A stretch of 64,000 nt of DNA from an uncultured Acidobacteriota bacterium (GTDB lineage Bacteria; Acidobacteriota; Vicinamibacteria; Vicinamibacterales; JAKQTR01): NCBI GenBank assembly GCA_963817885.1, contig CAWFQE010000004.1, forward strand, positions 294,064 through 358,063, in the 5' to 3' direction. The notes beneath the pieces are model-generated. The model saw only the letters and a list, made by a program, of their open reading frames with translations, had not been told where the DNA came from and did no database searches. This document shows positions 12,650-21,580 of the stretch, one piece after another. A program made the position numbers and the translations under genes. Each line of letters begins with the position of its first letter. The first letter of the stretch is position 1.

Positions 12650-13582
12650 TCAGGCGCCTGCCGCCTCCAGCGGCGGGGCCGCCTTCGAACGGGCGCCTGG
12701 CGCCTGTCCCGTTTCCAGGGCCACTTCCAGGAAGCGCCGCGCGGCGTGCGACCGCTCGCCGGCCTTCCGGTACACGAGCCGCAGCTGGCGGCGCAGCTTC
12801 AGCTCGGGGACCCGCACCGCCACGAGGTCGCCGCGGGCGATCTCGGCGCCGGCACAGCGGCGCGGCAGGATGGAGACGCCCACGCCCATCGCCACCGCGC
12901 TCTTGATGGCATCGAGGCTCGGCAGCGACACCTTGATGTTCAGCTCTTCGTGGCGCTGCTCGTAGATCCGCAGGATCCGATCCCGGGCCGGAGAGGGATC
13001 GTTGTGCGCGACGATCGGCTGGCGGCCGACTTCGGCCATGTGCACCACACGGCGCTTGGCGAACGGGTGGCTGGCTGACACGAGCAGTACCAGGTCGTCG
13101 GTATCGATGACGATCGTGCCAAGGCCCCGCTCGGGCGGATGGAACGTCATCAGCCCGAAATCCAGGCTGCCCTGGGCCACCTCGACGCCGATGTGGCGGG
13201 CCTGCACGCGCCGGACATCGACGTGGACGCCGGGAGAATCCTGGCGGAACCGCGCGATGAGCCCGAGCAGGCTGTGGACCGTGCCGTCGTTGGCGCCGAT
13301 GAGGATGCGGCCGCGGCGCAGGTCGCGCAGCTCGCGGACCGCCGTGTCCGCCTCCTCGGCCAGGCGCATGAGCCGCTTGGCGTAGTCCTGGAGCACGTCG
13401 CCCGCCGGGGTCAGCCGCCCGTCCTTCGACGATCGATCGATCAGCCGTTCCCCCAGATCGTCCTCCAGCCGCCTCAGGGCCTGGCTGATGGCCGGCTGGG
13501 TCCGATGGAGCTTGCCGGCGGCCTTCGAGAAGCTTCGCTCGGCCGCGATGGTGAGAAAGACCTGCAGTTCGGAAAGGTTCAT
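12650..13582 (-). CDS. LysR-family transcriptional regulator
   Basis: ORF 12650..14209 trimmed to the ATG at 13582: MNLSELQVFLTIAAERSFSKAAGKLHRTQPAISQALRRLEDDLGERLIDR (LysR wHTH) plus a substrate-binding domain. The upstream part of the listed ORF is antisense to leuA and was discarded. Confidence 0.9.
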   Translation of the reverse strand: MNLSELQVFLTIAAERSFSKAAGKLHRTQPAISQALRRLEDDLGERLIDRSSKDGRLTPAGDVLQDYAKRLMRLAEEADTAVRELRDLRRGRILIGANDGTVHSLLGLIARFRQDSPGVHVDVRRVQARHIGVEVAQGSLDFGLMTFHPPERGLGTIVIDTDDLVLLVSASHPFAKRRVVHMAEVGRQPIVAHNDPSPARDRILRIYEQRHEELNIKVSLPSLDAIKSAVAMGVGVSILPRRCAGAEIARGDLVAVRVPELKLRRQLRLVYRKAGERSHAARRFLEVALETGQAPGARSKAAPPLEAAGA

Positions 13583-13694
13583 CGGCGCTCTGCCCTCCGT
13601 TCGGGCGATATTATCAGACATTATGGAATCGTAAGAACTATAACATTGAGCCGCCTCCCGTTCGGCGTCACACTGCCCGGACAGGAGGCTCCCG

Positions 13695-14948
13695 ATGGAT
13701 GGCAACCGGCTGACGATCTTCGACACCACGCTCAGGGACGGCGAACAGGCGCCCGGCTTCTCGATGCGCATCCACGAGAAGCTGCGGCTCGCCCGCCAGC
13801 TGGACAGCCTGGGCGTCGATGTCCTCGAAGCCGGGTTCCCCATCGCGTCGGATGACGACGCCGAGGCGGTCCGTGCCGTGGCGCTGGCCGTGCGGCGGCC
13901 CATCATCGCCGGTTTGGCCCGCGCCTGCCTCGGCGACATCGAACGGGCAGGCTGGGCGCTTCGCCCGGCCGCCCGATCCCGGATCCACACCTTCATCGCC
14001 ACCTCCGATCTGCATCTCAGCCGGAAGCTCAACATGACGCGCACGGCCTGCCTGGATGCCGCCACGAGTGCGGTCCGCCTGGCGCGCCGCTTCACCGACG
14101 ACGTCCAGTTCTCTGCGGAGGACGCCACCAGGAGCGATCTCGACTTCCTCTGCCGGGTCATCGAAGCGACCATCGACGCCGGAGCCACCACCATCAACCT
14201 TCCCGACACGGTGGGCTATTCGACGCCGGACGAAATCGAGCAGTTCTTCACGGCGGTTCTGACCCGCGTGCCCAACGCGTCGCGGGCCGTCTTCAGCACC
14301 CATTGTCACAACGACCTCGGGCTGGCCGTGGCCAACTCGCTGGCCGCCGCGCGAGCGGGGGTGAGGCAGGTCGAGTGCACCATCAACGGCATCGGTGAGC
14401 GGGCCGGCAACGCCTCACTCGAGGAGGTCGTCATGGCGATACGGGTTCGTTCTGATCGCCACCCGTACCCGACCGGCATCAACACCAAGTCTCTTTTCGC
14501 CACGAGCCAGCTGCTGACGGAAGTCACCGGCCAGGCCGTGCAGGCGAACAAGGCGATCGTCGGCCGTAACGCCTTCGCGCACGAGGCCGGCATCCATCAG
14601 GACGGCATCCTGAAGGATCGGCGCACCTACGAGATCATGCTGCCCGAGGACGTCGGCGTCCCGCAGACGACGCTCGTCCTCGGCAAGCACTCGGGCCGGC
14701 ACGCCGTCCAGAAGCGTTGTGAGTCGATGGGCGTCGCCTTGACCCGGCTCGAAGTCGACCGCGTCTACCGGAGCATGGTCGCGCTCGCCGATGTTCAGAA
14801 GGCGGTGACGGACCAGCAGTTGTGGACCATCGTCCACGAGGTGCAGATCGGGGAGGCCGGGTCACCCGCTGAAGCGGTGCCGGCGCCGCGGCCGGTCCGG
14901 CTGTCGAAGGTGAAGAACCGCGCCACCGAAATCGGTCACGGACTGTAG
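13695..14948 (+). CDS. leuA: 2-isopropylmalate synthase-family enzyme, short form (417 aa) lacking the C-terminal regulatory domain
   Basis: [15 protein letters not shown]...LEAGFPIAS...[10 protein letters not shown]...[20 protein letters not shown]...[18 protein letters not shown]...HEAGIHQDG (HMGL-like TIM barrel). The protein ends about 100 aa earlier than canonical LeuA, and leuB starts 18 nt later, so there is no room for the missing domain. Confidence 0.8.
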   Translation: MDGNRLTIFDTTLRDGEQAPGFSMRIHEKLRLARQLDSLGVDVLEAGFPIASDDDAEAVRAVALAVRRPIIAGLARACLGDIERAGWALRPAARSRIHTFIATSDLHLSRKLNMTRTACLDAATSAVRLARRFTDDVQFSAEDATRSDLDFLCRVIEATIDAGATTINLPDTVGYSTPDEIEQFFTAVLTRVPNASRAVFSTHCHNDLGLAVANSLAAARAGVRQVECTINGIGERAGNASLEEVVMAIRVRSDRHPYPTGINTKSLFATSQLLTEVTGQAVQANKAIVGRNAFAHEAGIHQDGILKDRRTYEIMLPEDVGVPQTTLVLGKHSGRHAVQKRCESMGVALTRLEVDRVYRSMVALADVQKAVTDQQLWTIVHEVQIGEAGSPAEAVPAPRPVRLSKVKNRATEIGHGL

Positions 14949-14965
14949 CGCAGAGGGTCGACGCC

Positions 14966-16069
14966 TTGAAACTCCAGATCGTCCTGCTGCCCGGCGATGG
15001 AATCGGGCCGGAAGTGGTCGATGGCGCGGTCACCGTGCTGAACGCGATCGCGAAACGTTTCGCGCATCAGCTCGAGACGAAGACCGAGGCTATCGGCGGC
15101 GCCGCGCTTCGTGACACCGGCTCGCCCCTGCCTGCCGCGACGCTCCAGTCCTGCCGGTCGGCGCGCGCCGTGCTGCTCGGAGCGGTCGGCGATCCCGCGT
15201 TCGACGCTGCGCCACGACATCTGCGGCCGGAGCAGGGGCTGCTCGCCCTGCGCAAGACGCTGGGTGTGTACGCGAACCTCCGGCCCGCGCGCATGTGGCC
15301 CGGCCTCGAAGATGCCGGGCCGCTGAAGTCTTCCCGCGTGGCGGGCACTGATCTCGTCTTTGTCCGTGAGCTGACCGGCGGCCTCTACTTCGGCGAGCCG
15401 AGAAGTCTCGCCGCCGACCTGTCGGAGGCGGTCAACACCCTGCGCTACTCGCGCACTGAAGTAGAGCGCGTGGCACGGGTGGCGTTCCGCCTGGCCGGCG
15501 GCCGCCGGCAATTCGTCACCTCGGTCGACAAGGCCAACGTCCTCGAGACGTCACAACTCTGGCGGGCAGTCGTCTCCGAGGTGGCACGGGACTACCCGGG
15601 AATCCGCCTCGAGCACATGTATGTCGACGCGTGCGCGATGGCCCTGGCGCTCGACCCGCGGCGCTTCGACGTCCTGCTGACGGAGAACCTGTTCGGAGAC
15701 ATCCTCTCCGATGAGGCCGGCGCGATCGTCGGATCACTTGGCCTGCTGCCCTCTGCGTCCATCGGCGACGGGACGGGCCTGTTCGAGCCCGTTCACGGAT
15801 CGGCTCCCACCCTGGCGGGCAGGGGAGTGGCCAATCCGATCGGCGCCATTCTCTCGGCCGCGATGATGCTTCGCGCAACCTTCGGGCTCGAAGCCGAGGC
15901 CCGCGCCATCGAGCTGGCCGTCGAGCGGGCCATTCAGTCCGGTGCGCGGACCATCGATCTGGTGGACCGGCCCGACGCTCCGTCAGTGGGCGGGCCGGCG
16001 CTCGCCAGGCTGATCGCAGACTCCATCCCGGACGCCGCGGCGACAGCCTCTCAATCGCGCACGTCGTAG
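14966..16069 (+). CDS. leuB: 3-isopropylmalate dehydrogenase
   Basis: 367 aa with a TTG start: KLQIVLLPGDGIGPEVV...LLGAVG...LRPEQGLLALRK.LGVYANLRP...VRELTGGLYFG...NLFGDILSDEA..GSLGLLPSAS. The last ~15 codons and the stop lie inside direct-repeat copy A. Confidence 0.9.
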   Translation: MKLQIVLLPGDGIGPEVVDGAVTVLNAIAKRFAHQLETKTEAIGGAALRDTGSPLPAATLQSCRSARAVLLGAVGDPAFDAAPRHLRPEQGLLALRKTLGVYANLRPARMWPGLEDAGPLKSSRVAGTDLVFVRELTGGLYFGEPRSLAADLSEAVNTLRYSRTEVERVARVAFRLAGGRRQFVTSVDKANVLETSQLWRAVVSEVARDYPGIRLEHMYVDACAMALALDPRRFDVLLTENLFGDILSDEAGAIVGSLGLLPSASIGDGTGLFEPVHGSAPTLAGRGVANPIGAILSAAMMLRATFGLEAEARAIELAVERAIQSGARTIDLVDRPDAPSVGGPALARLIADSIPDAAATASQSRTS

Positions 16070-17120
16070 ATGCGGATCTCCGGCTCCTGGCTTCCCCGGT
16101 GGGGGACTGCCAGGTACAGACGATTCTGCTGAGGTACATAAGATGACGCCGCAGTCTTCCTCGTCGGCGATGAAGGGCCCGGGCTCCTCTGCCGAGAGAC
16201 GACGGAGCGCCGCGGCGGCTACACGTACGGTTTCGACGTGGAGGCGCTCCGTGACGTCGCCGAGATACCCGCCAGCGAGGTTGACGACCAGCGGAATGCG
16301 CCGGCGCAGGATGTGCCCGATGACGAACTGGTCCCGGAACCGGAGGAACTCGCGGTCGACGCCGCCAATGCCGCCGACCGGGTCGTCCTCGAACGGGTCC
16401 ATGCCCGCCTGGTACTGAACGATGCCCGGCCTGACGCGGTCGAGCCAGTCGGGAAGCAGCCGAAGCGCGCGCCGGTATTCCGAGGCGTCATCGACCTCGT
16501 GCAATTCGACGTCGGGCGTATCGTCGGCTTCGGTCCAGCTCGAGCCGGAAATGTCGAACAGCCCGAAGCGCCGGTCGCCGCGAACGAGGTCCTGCGTCCC
16601 GTTGCCGTGGTGGGCGTCGAGGTCGACGATTCCGACCTTCGAGACCAGGCCGTCGTCCAGCAGCATCCTGCCGGCGCCTGCCAGGAAGTTGAACGTGCAG
16701 TAGCCGCAGCCGGACGCGAAGCCTGCGTGGTGGGCGCCCGACACCGGGTGCAGCACGAGCCCATCCCGCATGGCCAGGCGGCACGCGGCGGCGTGGCCGC
16801 TCCAGATCCTGGCGACCGACTCCGCAAAGGCCGGCGACCAGCGGAAGCCCTGCGACTCCGCCGTGCGGCGCGGAAGCCCCGTGCGGACCGCCTCGACATA
16901 AGCAGGGTCGTGGACCGACGCGATACTCGCCCAGGCCTGTTCGTGCGTGAATGGCGCCGATCTCGATCTCGATGAGGCGCTCGTCCAGCGCCAACTCGAC
17001 GACGCGCCGCTGCTTCGTCGTGCTGTTCGTGCTGGCGGCCTCGACGCAGTAGTTCTCGTCCCAAACCGTTGCGATCTTGTAGTTGTCCCCGGCACACCTC
17101 CTGTCTTTCTTCTCCTGCAT
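15983..17120 (-). pseudogene. histone-deacetylase-family (HDAC/AcuC-like) protein; it is frameshifted and its reading frame crosses the island boundary
   Basis: The N-terminus is in ORF 16488..17120 (KIATVWDENYCVEAA...LIEIEIGA). The rest is in ORF 15983..17095 (PFTHEQAWASIASVHDPAYVEAV...HPVSGAHHAGFASGCGYCTFN...VDLDAHHGNGTQD...YQAGMDPFEDDPVG...NLAGGY). The frame change is near 16953-16959. The ORF has no stop inside the island. It reads through repeat A and terminates at 15983, antisense to leuB. Confidence 0.8.
16024..16140. repeat. direct repeat copy A: an orphan duplicate of the 3' end of the beta-propeller gene
   Basis: By hand alignment it matches 19198..19315 with 8 mismatches and one 1-nt indel. 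The minus strand encodes YVPQQNRLYLAVPHRGSQEPEIRIYDVRD-stop with no gene body upstream. Confidence 0.9.
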
Positions 17121-17372
17121 TGTCCAACGAGGGTGTGACAGGGAAGGTCACGGCCTCGTCATCGGCGCACCGCGGCGCGTCGCGAGCAGACGACCGCGTA
17201 GCTCCGAAATGGGAATGGGGTTTCCATTCAGTCCGGTACCGTGCTCGAATCGCTCGAATCCACCGGCTTCAACAGCGAAGACGATTGGACCTGCGGAGCG
17301 GTGGAAATACCGTTCCAGTCGCTGAAAGGAACGCATTGGTTCGCCGACGAGGTCTCGAGGCGAGGTGGTGGG

Positions 17373-19030
17373 TCAGTTTGAATCGTCAGGTTCGCCGAAG
17401 GGCATGGGGCTTGTCTCCCTGACTGCCGGCAGCGCCTTCGGCGCCCGCTTGAATGTAACACTCGTCTGGGCCGGAGGCCGGTCAATGGACTTCCCGGTCA
17501 GCAGTTCTTCTACCGTGAGGATCTGCAACCGTGCATGCTTGCCCCAGGGTGACGTGTAGAAACCGGCGCTGGCGCATTCCTTTCGCATCGGGATGGTAGG
17601 TTCATCCATGCACAACAGGACACCGATTTCGGCCTTCTCGCGTTCGAGGACACCGCGAAGATCGCGCAGATGGGATACCGTGACGTGTCCGGCCTTCACC
17701 GACAGGATGATCTGCTTCGTCTTCGCGGTCTCGCCTTCGTGGAAGTAGATACGTCCGTCGATGCCCTTGTCCGCGCCTTTCTTCCCTTCAACAGGTCGAG
17801 CGCCGACCAGGCCGAGCGCCCACCACTGGAACTGATACGGATCGGCGGCGGCCAGGCTGCCGCGTCCGGCACGGAAACTGGCTCGCCGATGACCTGGTAC
17901 TTGGCGCGGCCGCCGAACGAATCCGTCAGCCGGCTCCTGATCAAGGTGATGGCGAGGTGCGTGATGTCGATGCCGATCCAGCGACGTTCGAGCTTCTGCG
18001 CCACCGCAATCGTGGTCCCACACCCGCAGAACGGGTCGAGCACGATGTCGCCTTCGTTGCTGCTGGCAGTGAGGATGCGCTCGAGCAGTGCTTCGGGCTT
18101 CTGCGTCGGGTAGCCGAGACGTTCGCCGCCAACGGGGTTAATCCGGTCGATGTCATCCCAGATGTCGGGAACGGTTTTTCCCTTCAGTTCTTCCCGATAC
18201 CGCTTGTACTGCGGCATCGTCCCCTTCTTGGGCCAGTAGATCCGCCCTTCTTTGTCGAGTTCATCCAGCTTCTCCACCGTGAACTTCCAGTGCATCCCCT
18301 TTGCGCCGGGATCGATCCCACGCCACGGCCTCCCGGAACTTCCATGACGAATACCGGCCGCGCACAGATTATCCCGCCAGTGGAGCCGGCCATCCCCATC
18401 GTCGAAGCGGTAGTACTTGTCTAGATAGGCAGGTTCGTAGTCGGTTCGAGGCGCATTCCACTGAACCCTGTCGGTCTTCGCGTAGTAGAGCAGAACATCA
18501 TGAATAGGCGAGAACTTCTTCGCGCTACTGTGGGCCGTTGTTCGTTTCCAAATGATCTCGTTGTGGTAGTTCGTCGGCCCGAACACGGCGTCCATGAGCA
18601 GCTTCAGGTAATGGCTCGCTGTTGGGTCGCAGTGGAGGTAGAGGCTCCCGGTCGGCTTCAGCACGCGGCGCAATTCCACGAGGCGCGGCGCCATCATGGC
18701 CAGGTACGCCATCATGTCGCTGTCGCCGAGCAGGCTCCGGAACGCCTGCATCGCCTGGGACACTTTGCCGCCAGTCTCGATCATCTCGACGCAGGCTCGT
18801 GCGGCGCTCTCGTCCCACCGCCAAGTATCCTCAAACGCCTTGATCTGGGACGCGGCCCGCGTGCCATCGTGCTCGGCGAACAGCACGTTGTAGCTGGCAT
18901 TCGAGTTGAAGGGCGGGTCGAGGTAGACGAGATCGACGCTCTCGCTGTCGACGTGTCGCCGAAGCACATCGAGGTTATCGCCGTAATACAGCAAGTTCAT
19001 GTCGGGCCGATTGTAGCTCGACTCAGGCAC
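17373..19030 (-). pseudogene. beta-class N6A/N4C DNA methyltransferase fused to a C-terminal PD-(D/E)xK (Mrr-like) nuclease domain; 1-nt frameshift
   Basis: ORF 17696..19030 carries motif IV (VDLVYLDPPFNSN) before motif I (IVLDPFCGCGTTIAVA). ORF 17373..18023 continues with ...DPYQFQWWALGLVGARPVEGKKGADKGIDGRIYF...ILSVKAGHV...REKAEIGVLL. The frames join at GEPVSVPDAAA | LAAADPYQFQWW if one C is added to GCAGCC-TGG (about 17851-17858). The likely true start is the ATG at 19000 (MNLLYYGDNLDVL). Confidence 0.85.
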
Positions 19031-19190
19031 GGTCGAGCAGACCGACGATTTCCGCGATTGTCCAGACGTGATCGGTGACGCCAGCTTCCATCGCCGGCGT
19101 CACGCGCAGGTTCTGGTGGACACAGCCGACGTTGTCATACGTGAAGTAGAGAGCTACTGCCGCGATGTCGTTCTCGATCTTCTTGCTGAA
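19023..19190 (-). mobile_element. C-terminal remnant (~55 codons) of an IS transposase gene
   Basis: My translation is FSKKIENDIAAVALYFTYDNVGCVHQNLRVTPAMEAGVTDHVWTIAEIVGLLDRA-stop. It resembles the conserved C-terminal tail (..SKK.EN...A..L.F..YNF.R.H..L..TPAM.AG..DHVW...E...LL) that I recall from IS1-like or related transposases. There is no N-terminal part and no inverted repeats. It sits directly against repeat copy B. Confidence 0.5.
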
Positions 19191-19197
19191 TGCGTTT

Positions 19198-19315
19198 CAT
19201 CCCCGGACGCTGCAGCCACAGCCTCTCAGTCGCGCACGTCGTAGATGCGGATCTCCGGCTTCTGGCTTCCCCGGTGGGGGACGGCCAGGTAGAGACGATT
19301 CTGCTGAGGCACATA
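19198..19315. repeat. direct repeat copy B: the functional 3' end of the beta-propeller gene plus 28 nt downstream
   Basis: See copy A. It covers the last 29 codons and the stop of the 19226..19909 gene. Confidence 0.9.
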
Positions 19316-19909
19316 CAGCGACGTGCGGGCCCCTGAGGCGGTAGGCACCTTCGCGATGCGGGTGAACTGGCCGGCGTCCCGCTGCCCAAAGACGTCCAGG
19401 AACCCCTCTCCGCAGCTGATGTACAGGCGCTTGCGCGCCGCATCGAAGAACAGATCGTCGGTGTCGCCGGAGATCTCGATGGCGCCGTTGCCGTGCGCGA
19501 CGTAGAGGCGCCTGGCGACTGCGTCGTAGCGGACATTATCCGCGTCTTCCGACAGCGGCACTTTGCGCTTCACTGAACCGTCGCTCGCGTCGAGAATGAC
19601 CAGGTCACCCGATTCGCCGTTGGCGACCGCGATCTGATCCAGCTCCGGCAAAGCCGCAATCCCCTGGGGCTCGTGGAAGCCGGACAGGCTCCGCGTGCGA
19701 GCGCCCTTCGCCAGGTCCAGCACTTCCACGGTGTCGTTTCCCAGAGCCGCGACGAAGAGCCGCTGGCGTGCGGCGTCAATCGCCAGATGATCGAAGCGGC
19801 CTTCCACACCGGACAGCTCGATCGTTTGCTTCAGCACGAGCGGGCCCTGCGCGGATGCGGTCTGAACCATCCCGACGGCCAGTATCGCCGCGCTCCATGA
19901 ATGTCGCAT
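19226..19909 (-). CDS. secreted beta-propeller repeat protein (YncE/YVTN-like)
   Basis: 227 aa with a signal peptide (MRHSWSAAILAVGMVQTASAQG). Repeated blocks of the type RLFVAALGNDTVEVLD, RLYVAHGNGAIE, RLYISCGEGFLDVF and RLYLAVPH are present. Confidence 0.7.
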   Translation of the reverse strand: MRHSWSAAILAVGMVQTASAQGPLVLKQTIELSGVEGRFDHLAIDAARQRLFVAALGNDTVEVLDLAKGARTRSLSGFHEPQGIAALPELDQIAVANGESGDLVILDASDGSVKRKVPLSEDADNVRYDAVARRLYVAHGNGAIEISGDTDDLFFDAARKRLYISCGEGFLDVFGQRDAGQFTRIAKVPTASGARTSLYVPQQNRLYLAVPHRGSQKPEIRIYDVRD

Positions 19910-20073
19910 GAATACCTCGCTGTCAGGTCACCCCCAGTTGACATCTCGCAGGCTGCATAGAGTTGAACAGGCCCCGGGTTGTGTCCGGGATCGTCGTTGG
20001 TTGCCACCATTCATCGTGAGCGGTGCCGAAGCCCCGACGAAACGCTCGCGTCACGTCAGCGCTGCGAAGCCGG

Positions 20074-20586
20074 CTACGGACGCATTCCGGACGTCTTGTC
20101 ACCCATGGCGTCGAGAGCCGCCTTGAGTGACCCCGCCAGGCGGGCGGCAGGTCCGCGACCCCAGAAATGGACGTACATCACCCGCGGGGATTCGCCGAGC
20201 AGGTGATTGTGGATGGCGGTCACGCCGAGTTGTTCCGCACGCAGCTTGCGGACGACGGGGAAGACTTCGTTTTCGGCGAGCGCCAGATCCCCGTGGGTGA
20301 CCGCTTCGGCACCGACCGCTTTGAACGCCGCCCAGCCGGTCAGCGCGAGACCCGGCCTGACCGCGACGCCGTCCACCGTGACGTGGAGATCTGAACGGGG
20401 GAAGGTGACTTTGTAGATCTCACCGCTCGATTGGCCCGTCTTGCCGATCGCGCGATCGATGGTCGCGGTATCGAGTCCGGCGGGCTGCGCGCCGCTGACC
20501 CGGATGGCCATGACGGCCATCGCCGTGACGGCGATGAGCGCCGACACCGCTACGGGCGTCGGGTGACGTGGGGGCTTGATCTTCAT
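20074..20586 (-). CDS. DUF1259 (LppY/LpqO-like) secreted protein
   Basis: 170 aa: ...GEIYKVTFPRSDLHVTVDGVAVRPGLALTGWAAF...THGDLALAENEVFPVVRKLRAEQLGVTAIHNHLLGESPRVMYVHFWG. This matches my recollection of DUF1259. Confidence 0.7.
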   Translation of the reverse strand: MKIKPPRHPTPVAVSALIAVTAMAVMAIRVSGAQPAGLDTATIDRAIGKTGQSSGEIYKVTFPRSDLHVTVDGVAVRPGLALTGWAAFKAVGAEAVTHGDLALAENEVFPVVRKLRAEQLGVTAIHNHLLGESPRVMYVHFWGRGPAARLAGSLKAALDAMGDKTSGMRP

Positions 20587-20589
20587 GCG

Positions 20590-21324
20590 CTACCGTCCTT
20601 TCGTCCTTCCTGTGCCTGGTCCCGGGCGCCGCCGCATTCGCCCTCTCGCGCCAGATGGTGCCGGCGCGCTCGTGAACGATCGGTACAGCGCCTCGAAGAC
20701 CACGATGCCGTGTTCGATGAGGTCCTTGTCGAGCGGGAACACCTGCCGCAGGCCATCGATCAATCGCCCGACGCCCGGCGCTTCCGCCACGTTGTACCGG
20801 GTCTCCTTCAGATCCAGGTCGTGGACGAGGTGGCCGAGCCTGGCGGCGGCCTGATCGGCGATGCCGAACCGCTCCAGGAGGGTCTCGTACGTGCAACAGC
20901 CGCCCTGGTGGCTGAACGCGACGTCGTACATGTCGAACGGCACCGCCTTCGATGACGGGGCGGGCTTGTCGCCAAACGCGAACCGGGCCGCGGGATCGAC
21001 GAATCGCCGGATCAGCCACGCCGAGGCCGATCGATCGATCCCGGGGCGAGGGCGCGTGAGCCAGGTCCTGCCGCGAAAGTCCTTCGGCTGCAGCACGCCG
21101 CCGGGGTCCGGCCGTTCGCGAAGCCCGGTCGCCGGTTCGGCCACCACGCGCTCCAGTTCGCTGAGCGCCGCGTGGGTCTCCTCCCGGCCTCCCGCGCCGA
21201 AGAAGTCGTTTGCGGCCACGCGCGCGAAGCGGTCGCGCACCTGCCGCACGGCCCGCTGCAGGCGCCGCCGATCGGTCCCCCGCATCGCGCCGGCCTGGGC
21301 CGCTCTCCGGGTCAGGGCCCGCAC
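20590..21324 (-). CDS. ChrB-domain (chromate-resistance-regulator-like) protein; the N-terminus is probably displaced by a 1-nt deletion in a homopolymer
   Basis: WLTRPRPGIDRSASAWLIRRFVDPAARFAF...AVPFDMYDVAFSHQGGCCTYETLLERFG is the ChrB C-terminal domain. The frame is open upstream to a TGA. An ATG at 21461 (MKADIPANRG) joins it if the C6 run at 21431-21436 is C7. No chrA transporter gene is nearby. Confidence 0.7.
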   Translation of the reverse strand: MRALTRRAAQAGAMRGTDRRRLQRAVRQVRDRFARVAANDFFGAGGREETHAALSELERVVAEPATGLRERPDPGGVLQPKDFRGRTWLTRPRPGIDRSASAWLIRRFVDPAARFAFGDKPAPSSKAVPFDMYDVAFSHQGGCCTYETLLERFGIADQAAARLGHLVHDLDLKETRYNVAEAPGVGRLIDGLRQVFPLDKDLIEHGIVVFEALYRSFTSAPAPSGARGRMRRRPGPGTGRTKGR

Positions 21325-21580
21325 ATCCTCCCGGATCGATTCGAAGAGGCGCTCGCGGTCCGAGCGGAAGGCCGCGACGAGGTCGTCGTGCGTGAAGGAG
21401 TCGATGGTGTCCGAGTCAACGACACTCGCTCCCCCCTGTTTGCCGGGATGTCAGCCTTCATCGATTCGAAGCCCTCGCGCGCCCGCGGAGAGTCCGGCCG
21501 CGCGCAAATGGCGCTCCTGACGAACGTCGCAGAAGGTGGTATTACTGTGTGTGCGCCCCCCGGCGAACTGGAGGCCTTCC

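Noticed and set aside
13583-14209. N-terminal extension of the LysR ORF (12650..14209)
   Set aside because: The extension is antisense to leuA and low-complexity. The canonical LysR HTH begins right at the ATG at 13582.
16024-16140. A tRNA gene as the integration target of the island
   Set aside because: No tRNA-like sequence (no T-loop GTTCRANYC, no cloverleaf) occurs at either repeat. The duplicated segment is protein-coding.
17148-17336. 62-aa ORF (MRSFQRLERYFHRSAGPIVFAVEAGGFERF...) in the spacer between the MTase fusion and the HDAC-like gene
   Set aside because: It has a plausible composition but no recognisable motif, no clear RBS, and competing ORFs in other frames. It may be a gene remnant, but the evidence is insufficient to call.
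20074-21461. ChrB-like plus DUF1259 as a chromate-resistance operon
   Set aside because: There is no chrA transporter or chromate reductase in the window. The label would over-interpret a single domain.
21520-21560. TGGTATTACTGTGTGTGC upstream of norB as a sigma-54 promoter or NorR target
   Set aside because: The GG-to-GC spacing is 3 nt too long, and no NorR-type GT-N7-AC triplet repeats were seen.
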